This document shows positions 33,101 through 43,336 of a DNA stretch of 64,000 nucleotides, piece by piece (position 1 is the first letter of the stretch; every line of letters starts with the position of its first letter). Source of the DNA: Escherichia coli. GTDB taxonomy: Bacteria > Pseudomonadota > Gammaproteobacteria > Enterobacterales > Enterobacteriaceae. The notes beneath the pieces are model-generated. The model did no database searches. It had not been told where the DNA came from and saw only the letters and a program-made list of their open reading frames with translations. The stretch is taken from the NCBI RefSeq assembly GCF_050320075.1, contig NZ_CP190018.1. One strand, 5' to 3'. The position numbers and the translations under genes were made by a program.

Positions 33101-33453
33101 ATATAATCAGCCTTTATTGCAGAGTCTAACTCTCGCTGATAACGATTCAAGTTAATGGTTACTTTATTTAATTCTTGTAATAACTTAGAAGGGGCATGCA
33201 GTCGTACATGTCGTTTGAATTTTGTATGTGTTTCATTATGATAAAGCCCCCACGCATCTGGAAGTTCGACAATATCATTTTCTGTGGCTATACTGTTTAT
33301 CTTATCTTCTAATTGTTTAGGGGATAATCTTTCGTCATTCCTAATAATCTGTGCATCAATGCCATTTTCTAATAGTAGATGATATGCACTCGCCACATAG
33401 TTCGAAATTCCATTGTTTTTATGTGAAAAAGGACTTACGAAGTAATATGTCAT
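30184..33453 (-). CDS. capsule region-2 multi-domain glycosyltransferase (candidate polymerase): GT4-like domain (E-x7-E), KpsS/KpsC-like beta-Kdo-transferase domain (KHP ... VNST), C-terminal sialyl-motif (GT42/GT29-like) domain
   Basis: 1089-aa ORF; motifs ESFSLVAAEA, IVIRKHPRDK...AVNSTVIIEAM, IKIIGNSPNQ...CNIVIRFNSY; AT-rich; 4-bp gap to downstream gene. Confidence 0.8.
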   Translation of the reverse strand: MTYYFVSPFSHKNNGISNYVASAYHLLLENGIDAQIIRNDERLSPKQLEDKINSIATENDIVELPDAWGLYHNETHTKFKRHVRLHAPSKLLQELNKVTINLNRYQRELDSAIKADYISSPSLKNYQAYGFSLPNVAIFPNPIPFMYQEVTCKDIDVIFVGRLDLVKGSDYLSKLISHFPNNINIKIIGINITEKDYVNLINSKCNVEFLGWVDNETKLELLKKSKVCIIPSRFESFSLVAAEAISCSCHVVAWDVGGFSECYPAELLTLIHYQDLITFSAAVIDKLSQLPPNRKIVEEFILENNRKYISNIINIINGNNSLCISKNIKNNLYTASDTSIKLAYKNAASNYLDNKLDVFGLSMMNEHSQEMWGGLLSSVINNYHFVSRKELNYNTKFSRKFPISPKNYTFYDWRFNLRKLSEDFLASNPNMLFIFNGNTKFFNNALDELYSLRSIPTVYSELGWLPQNGNIYFDYMGANYKSSIRFKSLEELTHNYTIDNNETILTSYSKKVILALQLPGDTTLDKESYPLQLSHQELIYHIRTSLPKDIHIVIRKHPRDKNNYSIEKLDNISFDNEEKLSNSLSDSLALIAVNSTVIIEAMQYPVNIYSLGYGIFQNKGIVVECHDGNIKERWLSNIHIPKKRRDIFLEYLKIRQLPVSDIYDKGHWDGFEISLYPLIEAIMNPPTQRKKQLPSQEQQPPMNYIKTTPPHIPNKKILKLIKSPKKFAQDMLLKKNKKNEIILRLNKNFNNWLFSDTIRPLIAKRKFGSELDNAYKRVKPIEKYTPTLSYLYYRTKWIYFGINKEMVKFAKSPITANLTIDQQFDLSSILAESGNYQDAIILAKKCIAKSPSIFRKKQYLRLANIISNDENYISSLDFDEGEYIRELARCYNFVENSKDIIVSLLKKNKDNIKIIGNSPNQRGIKKGKEINKCNIVIRFNSYDTSLNRRADIGVKTDIWVKSPSFEEVSRKSLAGLKAVIITGTNHIDRSPSAFDFFYDFYKSNIPTTCIPFDIYQSLCKKISSPPSGGVQVLSWIKEINGKLANDDVLGFSLNKNDALKGPNGEKNQKIKYSHNWDKEILIIKNDCLR

Positions 33454-33528
33454 TGATGATATCCTCGATTATGTAAAATAAAGTTAAGATAATTAAATGT
33501 TAGCTAAAGGTAAGCTCTATTAAAAGAG

Positions 33529-34206
33529 TTAAACTATGGTATTAATGCTTTCATCAAAAATGTAATTTTCGATCGCATGCTTTACATCTTTATAAACTGT
33601 TATGTGATTGTCTCTACCGATATAGATTGCAATATCACAATATGATTTTAATAAATTCATACTATGGGAAACCATTAAGAAACTTGATTTTTCATGCTTT
33701 TTATTAAAGAGTGATAAACATTTCTCCTTAAATCTGGCATCTCCTACAGCCATAACTTCATCAACAAGATAATAATCAAAATCAAATGCCATGCTGAGTC
33801 CAAATCCTAACCGAGAACGCATGCCAGAAGAATATGTTTTTATTGGCATGTCAAAGTATTTCCCCAGTTCGGAAAATTCCTCTACAAATGAAACCTTATC
33901 TTGCAGCTCATCTTTTTTAGCATAAAGTCTTGCAACAAATTTAACATTTTCACGCCCTGTCAGACTGCCTTGAAAACCACCAGCTAAACCTACTGGCCAT
34001 GAAATGGTTTGATCAGTAAGTATTCTCCCCTTATCTGGTCGATCTATACCACCTATCATTCGAAGCAATGTTGATTTACCTGCACCATTGCGTCCAACTA
34101 AAGCAACACTTTTTCCTGTGGGTAATTCAATATTTAAATCTTTAAAAACATAATGTCTTCCTTTAGGTGTACGATATGATTTGGTGAGATTCTCAATACG
34201 TATCAT
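33529..34206 (-). CDS. kpsT: capsule export ABC transporter ATP-binding protein
   Basis: Track ORF 33529..34245; start at MIRIENLTKSYRTP; Walker A GRNGAGKST; ATGA overlap with kpsM. Confidence 0.93.
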   Translation of the reverse strand: MIRIENLTKSYRTPKGRHYVFKDLNIELPTGKSVALVGRNGAGKSTLLRMIGGIDRPDKGRILTDQTISWPVGLAGGFQGSLTGRENVKFVARLYAKKDELQDKVSFVEEFSELGKYFDMPIKTYSSGMRSRLGFGLSMAFDFDYYLVDEVMAVGDARFKEKCLSLFNKKHEKSSFLMVSHSMNLLKSYCDIAIYIGRDNHITVYKDVKHAIENYIFDESINTIV

Positions 34207-34982
34207 GAGGTTAACATAGCCTCCTCTTTGAAACGGTAAAGGCAAAGTCCTACGAAAAACACTACTAAAGAAAAAAATGCAAGATAATTAATACTAACAC
34301 CTTCACTTATATATCCCGGTACAACAGATTGGCGACTTAACTCCACAACATGTACTAAAGGATTCCATAATAAATATCCCCAGTATATTTTAGGGATAGA
34401 ATGGAGAGGAAACATTACGCAAGATATGAAATAAAGAGGTTTAATCATTATGGGCAAAAATTTTTCCGTTTCTGGGAAAGTTTTACCTAACACCATGAAA
34501 ATTAAACCTATACCAAGAGAAAATATAATAAGTAATCCCCAAGTTGCAGCGAGTATAATGATGTTTAAAAATGAAAATTCTTCTCCAAGTAGACCTACAA
34601 TTGACATGAGGATTATGTAAACACCACTATATATTAATGCTTCAAGAAGGGTTCGTGAAATTATGGTGTCAATAGGCTTTATAGGCCTGTAATTAAATAA
34701 GCCCTGATTAGAGTTTATTGCTCCAATAGAGCGGACAGCAATATTACTAAAAAGAAAATAAGGGATAAGTCCGTTTAGAAGAAACACTGGGAACGATATA
34801 TCTGGCATAGTTCTATGCATAATATATCCAAATATACCAATCAAGATTATCAAATGTGCTGTTGGCTCAAGGAGTGCCCATAAATACCCCAGACGATATT
34901 TACCAAAACGAGTCTTAATTTCACGAAGAAATAAAGCTTTTACTGCTGCTATTTGAACTTCAAAACCACTTCTTCTAGCCAT
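34203..34982 (-). CDS. kpsM: capsule export ABC transporter permease
   Basis: Track ORF 34203..35066; start at MARRSGFEVQ; close match to KpsM as recalled. Confidence 0.93.
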   Translation of the reverse strand: MARRSGFEVQIAAVKALFLREIKTRFGKYRLGYLWALLEPTAHLIILIGIFGYIMHRTMPDISFPVFLLNGLIPYFLFSNIAVRSIGAINSNQGLFNYRPIKPIDTIISRTLLEALIYSGVYIILMSIVGLLGEEFSFLNIIILAATWGLLIIFSLGIGLIFMVLGKTFPETEKFLPIMIKPLYFISCVMFPLHSIPKIYWGYLLWNPLVHVVELSRQSVVPGYISEGVSINYLAFFSLVVFFVGLCLYRFKEEAMLTS

Positions 34983-35010
34983 TTGAGATATAACCTTAAT
35001 ATATTTTGGT

Positions 35011-35021
35011 ACGCTACCGCC
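35011..35021 (-). promoter_or_regulatory. ops element GGCGGTAGCGT (RfaH recruitment site, JUMPStart core) in the kpsM leader
   Basis: Exact GGCGGTAGCGT on the minus strand about 30 nt upstream of the kpsM ATG. Confidence 0.75.
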
Positions 35022-35391
35022 CTTGGCTCTAGCTACCAGCATGCTCGGGCGTACCATATGAGACAAACCAGAATGGACAGATAAATATTTCGTCTGGTAT
35101 TAGTTTGTCTTTTCTTTACGAAAATACTTATAGATTGGACAATGAAAAATTTGGTTTAAGGCAGTCCAACCTATGTAATGTTATTGAAACATCCTGCTAA
35201 TAATCTTAAATTTAATGTTTCATTAAGTTCTATCAATTTAAACACATTGATTTGCGAATTCTATCATTTAGACTTACAGATAACTCCAGTGTTTAATATG
35301 TAAACATGCCTCATAAATTGCAAGGTAGATTGCAGGTTGCTAATCTTTTGTTACTTATATAAAATCTGTTTTGTTTATTTTATATCAAATT
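35022..35391 (-). promoter_or_regulatory. kpsS-kpsM intergenic region containing the presumed region-3 promoter
   Basis: About 370 bp AT-rich spacer upstream of ops and kpsM; promoter elements not resolved. Confidence 0.45.
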
Positions 35392-36624
35392 TTATTTATT
35401 GTTCAATGCAGAATTGATTTCTAATGTAATAGTGTCGCAGTGTAACTGTGACTCCCCATAATAAACCCCATTAACCTGTGTCTTAACCAATAAATACCCC
35501 CGAAACTTCTTAAACAGTTTCATATCTGGTTTAAAATCAGCCTGCCAGAACTGGTGCAAATGCCCTTGATACGTTAAGCCTTTGATGTCGTACAGGGCAT
35601 TGCCCATCACTTTGAGTGGTTTGTTATGAATCAGCGCAGAGATCCCCGCCGTACTGTTAATTGTTACCACCGCTTTTGCATGGCGTAATAGTTCCGGCAT
35701 CGGGAGATCGTGCACATAAATGACTCGCTCCCCTAAGCCATATTCCTTACTTAGCCGCTTAATTAATGGTCGATAGAGTCTGTGACCACGATCCATCGGA
35801 TGATGTTTGATCACCAAATAACTCTCTTTCGGCGCTTTACGCGAAAATGAGTACATGACTTCATTAATATAGTCACGCACATCGTTATAATTGCTGTGGT
35901 TACGAATTTGGCTATCGTTATATACCTGCAAAACGGCAAGATAATAACGTTGATCCAGGTCATTCATTAACCTCGGCAATACCTTACGCTGTGTTACCTT
36001 GTAAAGTTGCTTGCGCCAGTATGCACGAACCCAGCAACGAGCCTCATACCAGGGGGAAAACGATTTGTGGTGGCGGTAGCGAGGAAACTCACGACGGTAA
36101 TGCCAGCCCATCAGGTAATACCACATTGCATGGCCAATACGTTTCATCGTTGAAGGTTTTAAATTCTCAACGTGCGGCGCAGGCATATCTGGCAACTTAC
36201 GATAAAAATCCGGGTCGCGCGGTAGCGATGAATATGCGTTCACTCCGCCTTCTTCAACGGTTATAAATTGCGGGCGTAAATATCCTTCTTCAAATGCCAG
36301 AAAGCGGATCCCTTTCGACTTTGCCCAGCGTTTTGCTTCTTTGTGCAATGGGCGGCAGTCACCAAAGCAGAGGATGGTATCAAAGTCATATTGCCGATGG
36401 AGATCCCGTAACCATTCGGGGAACTCTTTCGGCGTTTGGTAGTAAGCCAGGTATTGTCGATGGCGGCAGTAAAAACGATCCCCACCGTTGAATACAACGT
36501 TCACAGCGTTACGGCCTAATGACTCTAACCATTCGGCGACGTTATTGAAAAAAGGTCCCATCGGCCCCTGCAATAGCAGATATTTTTTACCGGATAATAA
36601 AACGGTTAGTGCATTACCTTGCAT
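35392..36624 (-). CDS. kpsS: capsule beta-Kdo transferase KpsS
   Basis: 410 aa; MQGNALTVLLSGKKYLLLQGPMGPFF; HHPMDRGH motif; order after kpsC. Confidence 0.9.
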   Translation of the reverse strand: MQGNALTVLLSGKKYLLLQGPMGPFFNNVAEWLESLGRNAVNVVFNGGDRFYCRHRQYLAYYQTPKEFPEWLRDLHRQYDFDTILCFGDCRPLHKEAKRWAKSKGIRFLAFEEGYLRPQFITVEEGGVNAYSSLPRDPDFYRKLPDMPAPHVENLKPSTMKRIGHAMWYYLMGWHYRREFPRYRHHKSFSPWYEARCWVRAYWRKQLYKVTQRKVLPRLMNDLDQRYYLAVLQVYNDSQIRNHSNYNDVRDYINEVMYSFSRKAPKESYLVIKHHPMDRGHRLYRPLIKRLSKEYGLGERVIYVHDLPMPELLRHAKAVVTINSTAGISALIHNKPLKVMGNALYDIKGLTYQGHLHQFWQADFKPDMKLFKKFRGYLLVKTQVNGVYYGESQLHCDTITLEINSALNNK

Positions 36625-36658
36625 AAATAATTTGCGTAATAGTCAACTATGAAATTGT

Positions 36659-38686
36659 TTAGCCAAATCTGACCTTGCAGAACATAATTAATTTGCGGTA
36701 ATAGCGTATGACTCGTCCCGCTTTTTTTCGGGTAATAAACATCGGCTTGCGCGGCGTCTGGATCAAATATTCCGCCGCCTCTTCAACCGTAATAGGTTGT
36801 AGCCGTATTGGGTGGATATAGGTTGGATAAACAATCAACGCCTGATAGATCAAGTCTGCTATCGTTAATCTGCGCTCGCGGCGCGGGCAGTGATGTTCAT
36901 CAACGGTTAAACCCCAACCGGCATAGAAGGGCAGGCCGTAACAATGAACTTGCTTGCCATGTAATAACGCTTCAAACCCGGACAATGATGTCATGGTGTG
37001 CACTTCATCTGCGCGCTGAATGCATTGAATAATATCTGCGTCCAGTGCCTGATAATCAGCGAGTTCAGCAATTAGTTCTGCCGGAATATCGCCCTTGCGA
37101 TTCCCCACCAGTACATCCGGGTGCGGTTTATAAACAATGTAGGCGTGCGGATTACGCTCGCGTACTGTGCGTAATAACTCAAGGTTGCTCTTAATCGAGA
37201 CAGTGCCTGTTTTAATAGAGGCATCGTCCTCTATCTGACCCGGCACCAGGATAACTTTTTTATCTTTGGCTTCGGCTGGTAGAGAGAAATCGGCTCCCAG
37301 GTTGTACTTACTCAGTTTGCTTTCAACCAGTCGCTGGCGTAATTTTTCAGCTCGCATCTGCTGCGCCAGCGTTAACTGGCTGTGATTAAGCAGGACTTCC
37401 AGGTCGCTGGGGCGCGTGGCGTCATAGTAGATCCCGCGTTTATCCAGTACCAACGATAGCGGCGGCAGCAGGTCAGAGCCAAGTCCGGATGAACGCAGAA
37501 AACCATCTTCCATTCGCCATAACGGCAGTGATTTTTGTTGCGCTTCGGCTAGCCATTGCTGTTCTCCCTTTACACCCCATACCACGCAAGCCGTCGCCGC
37601 AGTACAGCGGCGTGAATAACTCAGTCTGTTTGTTGCGGTACGCAAGAAAGGTTTCAGGATTGCCGACTTCCACAGCGTTAAGCCTGGCGACCATAAATAG
37701 CCATTACGCTGTTGCTGATGGTTGCGCTGTAATTGCAGCCATTGCAGTACGGTAAACAGATCGCTTGCGGCCCCCGTGAGCGGGTCGATATAGCGACAGT
37801 AACGCAGGTATGCAGCGGCAAAAAGTTCTTCCAGCGTGGCAGAACCGCGTCGGGCAGATAACAAAGCGGACTGCGGATGGCGATCGTCGGTTAAGCCCCA
37901 GCCTGCATACCAGGGCTGGCCGAAACATGTTACTGGTTTTCCTGCCAGCAAGGCTTCAAAGCCGTATTGGGATGTCACGACGTAAACCCGGGAAACGTGT
38001 CGCAACAGCGACTGCGGGCTGACATTCTCGGCAATCAAACGTACTCGTTGCGTGGCGCGCAGATCAGCGAAATAACCTGTTTTCTTTCCTTCCAGGACAT
38101 CCGGATGCACCTTCACCCAAATTTCGGCTTGAGGATTTTCCGCCATCGCGGCTTCCAGCATGGCAGCAAACTCATGCGGGCCAGCATTGCCATACGTCAC
38201 TGACATATCATTAAATGTCTGATCGACAACCAGAACGATGTCTGAACGTTCTGATTCATCCGCCACAAACGCAGGTGCCAGGTTATATTTCGACAAATCC
38301 CCGGTCACGATGGTGTGCATCGCTTCTCTGGCCTGGCTTATCAGAGCTGTATTTCCGGCTTTATCCTGTACCAGTTTCTCCAGTGCTGAAGGCTTGCTGG
38401 CATCGTAGTAAATGCCACAATCATCCACCACCAGAGAAAGCGGCGGCTCGCCATTGACGCCAAGATCCAGCGAACGCACAAATCCATCTTCCAGACGAAT
38501 GACGGGTTTTCCCGCTGCTTTGGCGATGGCGACTGGTTTCGCCGCGCTGGGACGATGTCCCCACACGGCGATAGCATCAACTTCTTGCGGAACAGGGCGC
38601 AGCAGAGAAAGTTTCTGGCACGGTTGCGCCAGAAATTTCTCCAGATGCGGAATACGCCAGATACCGGACGAGAAAATGCCAATCAT
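36659..38686 (-). CDS. kpsC: capsule beta-Kdo transferase KpsC
   Basis: 675 aa; two repeated KpsC modules; order. Confidence 0.93.
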   Translation of the reverse strand: MIGIFSSGIWRIPHLEKFLAQPCQKLSLLRPVPQEVDAIAVWGHRPSAAKPVAIAKAAGKPVIRLEDGFVRSLDLGVNGEPPLSLVVDDCGIYYDASKPSALEKLVQDKAGNTALISQAREAMHTIVTGDLSKYNLAPAFVADESERSDIVLVVDQTFNDMSVTYGNAGPHEFAAMLEAAMAENPQAEIWVKVHPDVLEGKKTGYFADLRATQRVRLIAENVSPQSLLRHVSRVYVVTSQYGFEALLAGKPVTCFGQPWYAGWGLTDDRHPQSALLSARRGSATLEELFAAAYLRYCRYIDPLTGAASDLFTVLQWLQLQRNHQQQRNGYLWSPGLTLWKSAILKPFLRTATNRLSYSRRCTAATACVVWGVKGEQQWLAEAQQKSLPLWRMEDGFLRSSGLGSDLLPPLSLVLDKRGIYYDATRPSDLEVLLNHSQLTLAQQMRAEKLRQRLVESKLSKYNLGADFSLPAEAKDKKVILVPGQIEDDASIKTGTVSIKSNLELLRTVRERNPHAYIVYKPHPDVLVGNRKGDIPAELIAELADYQALDADIIQCIQRADEVHTMTSLSGFEALLHGKQVHCYGLPFYAGWGLTVDEHHCPRRERRLTIADLIYQALIVYPTYIHPIRLQPITVEEAAEYLIQTPRKPMFITRKKAGRVIRYYRKLIMFCKVRFG

Positions 38687-39423
38687 GCGTTTTCAGCCAG
38701 TTCCTGTGCCATCAGGGCGCGCACTTTTTCCAGGCATGCTGGGGTGTCGACGCCCGGACCGGTTGCGGCAACCTCAAATGTGCGGATGTTGATCCCCGCG
38801 CTCATCAACCGCAGCTGCTCCAGTGATTCTGCCTGCTCCTGCATGGACTCCGGTAACTGGCTGTAGTTTTGCAGCACATCGCGACGATAAGCGTAAATAC
38901 CAACGTGTTTCAGGTAGCGCGCTTTTTCAGCATTACGCGGATACGGAATAGGCGAACGGCTGAAATAAAGCGCATCCTGGCGGGTATTTACCACCACTTT
39001 TACCGTGCTTGGCTCGGTCGCTTCTTCGGCAGAAATCGCGTGGCATAGCGTTGCCACTGGCAACGCGGGGTCATCACGCATTCCTTGTAACAGCGTTTCT
39101 ACATCCCGCGGGCGAATCATTGGTTCGTCGCCCTGCAGGTTAATGTAGATATCTGCCTCGACTTTATGCATCACCTCGACCAGCCGATCGGTGCCGGATT
39201 CATGATCGTTGCGCGTCATGATGGCTTTCCCGCCAAATGCCTGCACGGCCTGTTCAACACGCGGATCGTCTGTTGCCACCCAAACTTCCGCAACGCCCGC
39301 CACCTGTAACGCACGCTCGTAAACATGCTGGATCATCGGTTTACCAACAATATCGAGCAGTGGCTTACCCGGCAGACGCGATGAGCCATAACGAGCCGGG
39401 ATGACAATAACAGCTTTGCTCAT
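38683..39423 (-). CDS. kpsU: CMP-Kdo synthetase (capsule-specific)
   Basis: 246 aa; [22 protein letters not shown] cytidylyltransferase motif. Confidence 0.95.
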   Translation of the reverse strand: MSKAVIVIPARYGSSRLPGKPLLDIVGKPMIQHVYERALQVAGVAEVWVATDDPRVEQAVQAFGGKAIMTRNDHESGTDRLVEVMHKVEADIYINLQGDEPMIRPRDVETLLQGMRDDPALPVATLCHAISAEEATEPSTVKVVVNTRQDALYFSRSPIPYPRNAEKARYLKHVGIYAYRRDVLQNYSQLPESMQEQAESLEQLRLMSAGINIRTFEVAATGPGVDTPACLEKVRALMAQELAENA

Positions 39424-39432
39424 TTCAACTCC

Positions 39433-41112
39433 TTACAAAGACAGAATCACTTTTGCACCCACCGCCAGCTGATAGAGGATGGTGGAAATACCACGGGTAA
39501 CTTCAATATTTTTCGATTCATATTTCGGTAGAACCATAATTTCATCGCCCGGCTTGAGTGAATCCACGTCTTCTGCGTTGACGGCTGCACCGTTCTGACG
39601 AATGACGATAATTCTGGCGTTACCCGATTTCTGCGTCAGGCCACCACATTTCTCGATGTAATCCTCGGTGGTCATACCCTTCTGCCAGCTCACCGCGTTC
39701 GGGAACAGCACTTCGCCATGAACCATAACCAGCGATGTTTTCTCCGGAATATTGATGACGTCGCCATCTTCAAGCAGAACAGAATCAATATTGGATTCGT
39801 TGAGGATCACTTCACCTTTCGGAACCACGGTGCGTGCTTTCGCCACAAAGCGGCTGATCAGTTGTGCTTCCTGCATTCGCAGGCTGGCTTCTTCTTTGGT
39901 GGATGACTGGGCAGAAAGTGAGGCTTCCTCCAGTTTTTGCAGCGAGAGATTCAGCATCTCTTTCTGACGCTGAGCTACTGATGAGCGATAAAGCTGAACC
40001 GCGTTCATCTGCGACATGCTGTTCGGGCGGACTTTTTCCAGAACCGCACGCATAGTGGAACCATAAGGCAGTACCATGGCATGTTCACCGGAGTGCGCGC
40101 CTTCAACCCGCACCTGAATGGTGCCGGCATAGCGGTCAGTGCTCACGATTAAGGTATCGCCATTTTGCAACATACGGCCTGGTGCAGAACTGATCGGATA
40201 GTATTCGCTGCGTTTTTGCAGCCCCTGTTTACGCATAATCGTAATGTGAGTCGCGCCAGGCTTAGGGCGCGCCCAGCTCAACGCTTCCGTTACGGGAATG
40301 CTGCTTTCGCGGAACTCAAAGTCGTAGCTGTTAAAGACATCGCCCTGAACGCTGAAAGTATGCTGACGCGGCCCGACGATGATGGTGTCACCATCGGCGA
40401 ACTGCGAAAGCCCCAGTTTGCCGTTCAGCAGGAAGTCGTACAGGTTGACGTTGGAGCGCACGCGGTTACCGCGCTTGACCACAATATCAACGTAACTTCC
40501 GCGCTCTGGATCAACGCCGCCAGCCTTGATCAGATAATTGAGTAACGAATCAGACGTCACACCGCCATACAGACCAGGATTACGCACAAATCCGGTCACG
40601 TACACTTTTACTGGCTGCGCCTGTAATAAGGAGGCGTAGACGTTGACGTTGGACTGGTACACTTCCTTCACTTTTGATGTAACCAGAGTGTTCAACTGAC
40701 TATTGCTAACCCCGGCAACTTTCACCGGACCAACGTTTGGCAGAAAAATATTACCTTTGGGATCAATCTGTAATGCACCATCAAAGGTGAACGCACCCCA
40801 CAAGCGAACCTGAATGCTATCACCCGGATTCAGAATATAGTCAGGGTTGAATCCTACCGTCGCACCGCTATCCGCGCTGGTGCCGTTGAAAAGTTGAGCA
40901 CCAAACATACGGCTCATTACCACCGGCGGTGCGGGTGGTGGAGTATTGTCGAAGCCGCTCATGTTTTGCGTATCCGACTGTTGCCCGTTCAGAATACCGG
41001 TAAGCGGCGCGGCTCCTGTCAGGTTTGGGTCAGCGTTAATATCAATGGCCGCGCTGGCCTGCGCCGCGTGACAGGCGGCAATCAGTAAAATTGATTTAAA
41101 TAATTTCATCAC
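39433..41112 (-). CDS. kpsD: capsule export outer-membrane/periplasmic protein KpsD
   Basis: 559 aa; signal peptide; order. Confidence 0.92.
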   Translation of the reverse strand: MMKLFKSILLIAACHAAQASAAIDINADPNLTGAAPLTGILNGQQSDTQNMSGFDNTPPPAPPVVMSRMFGAQLFNGTSADSGATVGFNPDYILNPGDSIQVRLWGAFTFDGALQIDPKGNIFLPNVGPVKVAGVSNSQLNTLVTSKVKEVYQSNVNVYASLLQAQPVKVYVTGFVRNPGLYGGVTSDSLLNYLIKAGGVDPERGSYVDIVVKRGNRVRSNVNLYDFLLNGKLGLSQFADGDTIIVGPRQHTFSVQGDVFNSYDFEFRESSIPVTEALSWARPKPGATHITIMRKQGLQKRSEYYPISSAPGRMLQNGDTLIVSTDRYAGTIQVRVEGAHSGEHAMVLPYGSTMRAVLEKVRPNSMSQMNAVQLYRSSVAQRQKEMLNLSLQKLEEASLSAQSSTKEEASLRMQEAQLISRFVAKARTVVPKGEVILNESNIDSVLLEDGDVINIPEKTSLVMVHGEVLFPNAVSWQKGMTTEDYIEKCGGLTQKSGNARIIVIRQNGAAVNAEDVDSLKPGDEIMVLPKYESKNIEVTRGISTILYQLAVGAKVILSL

Positions 41113-41132
41113 AAACTCATTCAGCGACAGCG

Positions 41133-42281
41133 TTAGTCTCGGTGATCTTCAATAACAGCCAGCAACAGTTTCAGGGTGCCGAACAGCAGGCAGCACACCA
41201 GTAACCAGCAGGCGATCAAATAAGGGATATTTGGAAAAGACGATTCCTGCGGCAACTGTGGCGAACTGATCACTGACAGCACCTTGAGCTTACGAGCCGC
41301 TTCTACACGGGTCTTTTCAATGGAGGTCAGGGTCAGTTTGTACAGCTCGGTGTTGAACTCTACTTTTGATTTGATTTCTTCAAAATCCACCGCCATACGG
41401 TTTAGCTTGTCACCCTGCGGCGCTGTGATTTTGCTTTTTTCTTCGTCAATTTGTGCCTGCAATGACTGAATCGCATTACGCGCACTCACAACTTGCGGGG
41501 CGTCCTCACGCAGATACGTCAGCAAGTTCCGCAGGTCCGCTTCCATCTGGATCTTCTGGCCCATCAGCGTATTCACTAACGTGCTCGCCGCCTGTGCCTG
41601 TGCCTGTGGATCCAGAACGTTGTTGTTGTCCTGATAAGAGAGCAATTCCGCTTTGCTGGCGTCCAGACGCTGGCGTGCCTTTTCCATCTCCGTTTCTGCA
41701 AAGGCAAGCTGGTCACGCGCGATGCGATGTGACATCTCATTGATAAAGCGCTCTGACTCTTTCAGCACGGTCTGGTTAAACTTAAGCGCAAACTCCGGGC
41801 TAAAACCCTGCGTCTGAATATTCAGTAATCCGGTTTTATCGTCATACGAGACGTTGATACGGTCCTTGTAGTACTTCAGGAAGCCTTCTGCGGTTTCATC
41901 CTTGCTAAGATGATTAAGAAAATCGAGCCCGCTGTGGCTAAACGCTTCACGAAAATTTAGTTGCTTATCCAGCGCCGCCAGCATATCCGGCGAGTTGATG
42001 TACTCTTTCAGATACAACGCATCTTCTGCGGAACTGGGGTTAGAGGCACCCAGAAGCAGACCAAAATTCAGGCTGCCGCTGTTTAAATCATCCGAGCGTT
42101 TAATGGCGACTTTCGACTCGCTCATATAGCGAGGCTGGCTGAAGATAGCCAGATAGATCAGCAGCACCGCCATCGGTGCCAGAATGATGATTTTCGCCAG
42201 GTGTTTTTGGATATCTGCCAGTGAGATGGCAGACAGACGAGCACGCATCCAGGATACGGCAGACTTCACTTTTATCAACAT
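41133..42281 (-). CDS. kpsE: capsule export inner-membrane polysaccharide co-polymerase-like protein KpsE
   Basis: 382 aa; N- and C-terminal TM segments; order. Confidence 0.92.
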   Translation of the reverse strand: MLIKVKSAVSWMRARLSAISLADIQKHLAKIIILAPMAVLLIYLAIFSQPRYMSESKVAIKRSDDLNSGSLNFGLLLGASNPSSAEDALYLKEYINSPDMLAALDKQLNFREAFSHSGLDFLNHLSKDETAEGFLKYYKDRINVSYDDKTGLLNIQTQGFSPEFALKFNQTVLKESERFINEMSHRIARDQLAFAETEMEKARQRLDASKAELLSYQDNNNVLDPQAQAQAASTLVNTLMGQKIQMEADLRNLLTYLREDAPQVVSARNAIQSLQAQIDEEKSKITAPQGDKLNRMAVDFEEIKSKVEFNTELYKLTLTSIEKTRVEAARKLKVLSVISSPQLPQESSFPNIPYLIACWLLVCCLLFGTLKLLLAVIEDHRD

Positions 42282-42352
42282 GTAACGATTATCAAAGTTT
42301 CAGTGGGGCGCAAACTCAATGAGAGACTAACCTCTCGCACCCCGTTGCTTAA

Positions 42353-43336
42353 TTAGTCGAAAATGCGCACAAGGCCAGTGACTTTATTTGCCTTGTTGGT
42401 CACCAATAACGTTGAGACGCGGTGCTTTTGCATTTTTTCTTCCGCTTCAATGATCATGGTGTCTTCCGGTAGCGTCAGCGGTTCACGTGTCATCATCTGC
42501 GCAGCCGTGGCGGATGTCAGAGAATCCTCTTTTTCCATAAAGCGACGCAGGTCACCGTCGGTGATAATGCCCACTAGCCCACCTTCTGCGTCTTCTACCA
42601 TCACCATTCCCTGGCATCCGCTGGTGATACGTTGAATCACGGTTTTAAATGACGCATCCAGCTGTACCGCAGGAACATCATGCTGCATGACATCAGCAAC
42701 GCGGGTCAGCAGGCGACGACCTAATGAACCGCCCGGGTGATAGCGCGCAAAATCATTCGGCATAAATTTGCGTTGGTGGATCATGGCAATCGCCAGCGCA
42801 TCGCCGATCGCCATCGTCAGCGTGGTAGACGTTGTTGGTGCAAGATTATTCGGGCAGGTTTCATTCGCCATGTGGAGTTCCAGCACGGCATCAGCATTTT
42901 TCGCCAGCGTGGAATTTCCATTATTGGTAATGGCGATAATTCGGTTGCCGAAATTTTTCAGTGAAGGAACTAGCTTGAGGATTTCATCCGTTTCACCGCT
43001 GGCAGAAATAAGGATCAGAAGATCGTAAGGCGTAATCATGCCCAGATCGCCATGGAAAGCTTCTGCAGGATGAATAAAGAAACTAGGCGTACCCGTAGAG
43101 GCCAGCGTCGCTGACATTTTACGACCGACATGCCCTGATTTACCCATTCCCGAAAGAATAACGTGACCTTTACAGTTCATTATCAAATTAAGGACACGCT
43201 GGTACTGCCCGGAATCCAGTTGTTTAGACAAGTTTTGTAATGCTGCGCCTTGTTCTGCCAGAGTCTGGCGAACAGAGGTAATTAGATATGGATCGATAGT
43301 ACTGCTCTGGTCATCAGGTAAATGTCTTTCAGACAT
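42353..43336 (-). CDS. kpsF: arabinose-5-phosphate isomerase (SIS + CBS domains)
   Basis: Track ORF 42353..43372; start taken at MSERHLPDDQ (327 aa). Confidence 0.92.
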   Translation of the reverse strand: MSERHLPDDQSSTIDPYLITSVRQTLAEQGAALQNLSKQLDSGQYQRVLNLIMNCKGHVILSGMGKSGHVGRKMSATLASTGTPSFFIHPAEAFHGDLGMITPYDLLILISASGETDEILKLVPSLKNFGNRIIAITNNGNSTLAKNADAVLELHMANETCPNNLAPTTSTTLTMAIGDALAIAMIHQRKFMPNDFARYHPGGSLGRRLLTRVADVMQHDVPAVQLDASFKTVIQRITSGCQGMVMVEDAEGGLVGIITDGDLRRFMEKEDSLTSATAAQMMTREPLTLPEDTMIIEAEEKMQKHRVSTLLVTNKANKVTGLVRIFD

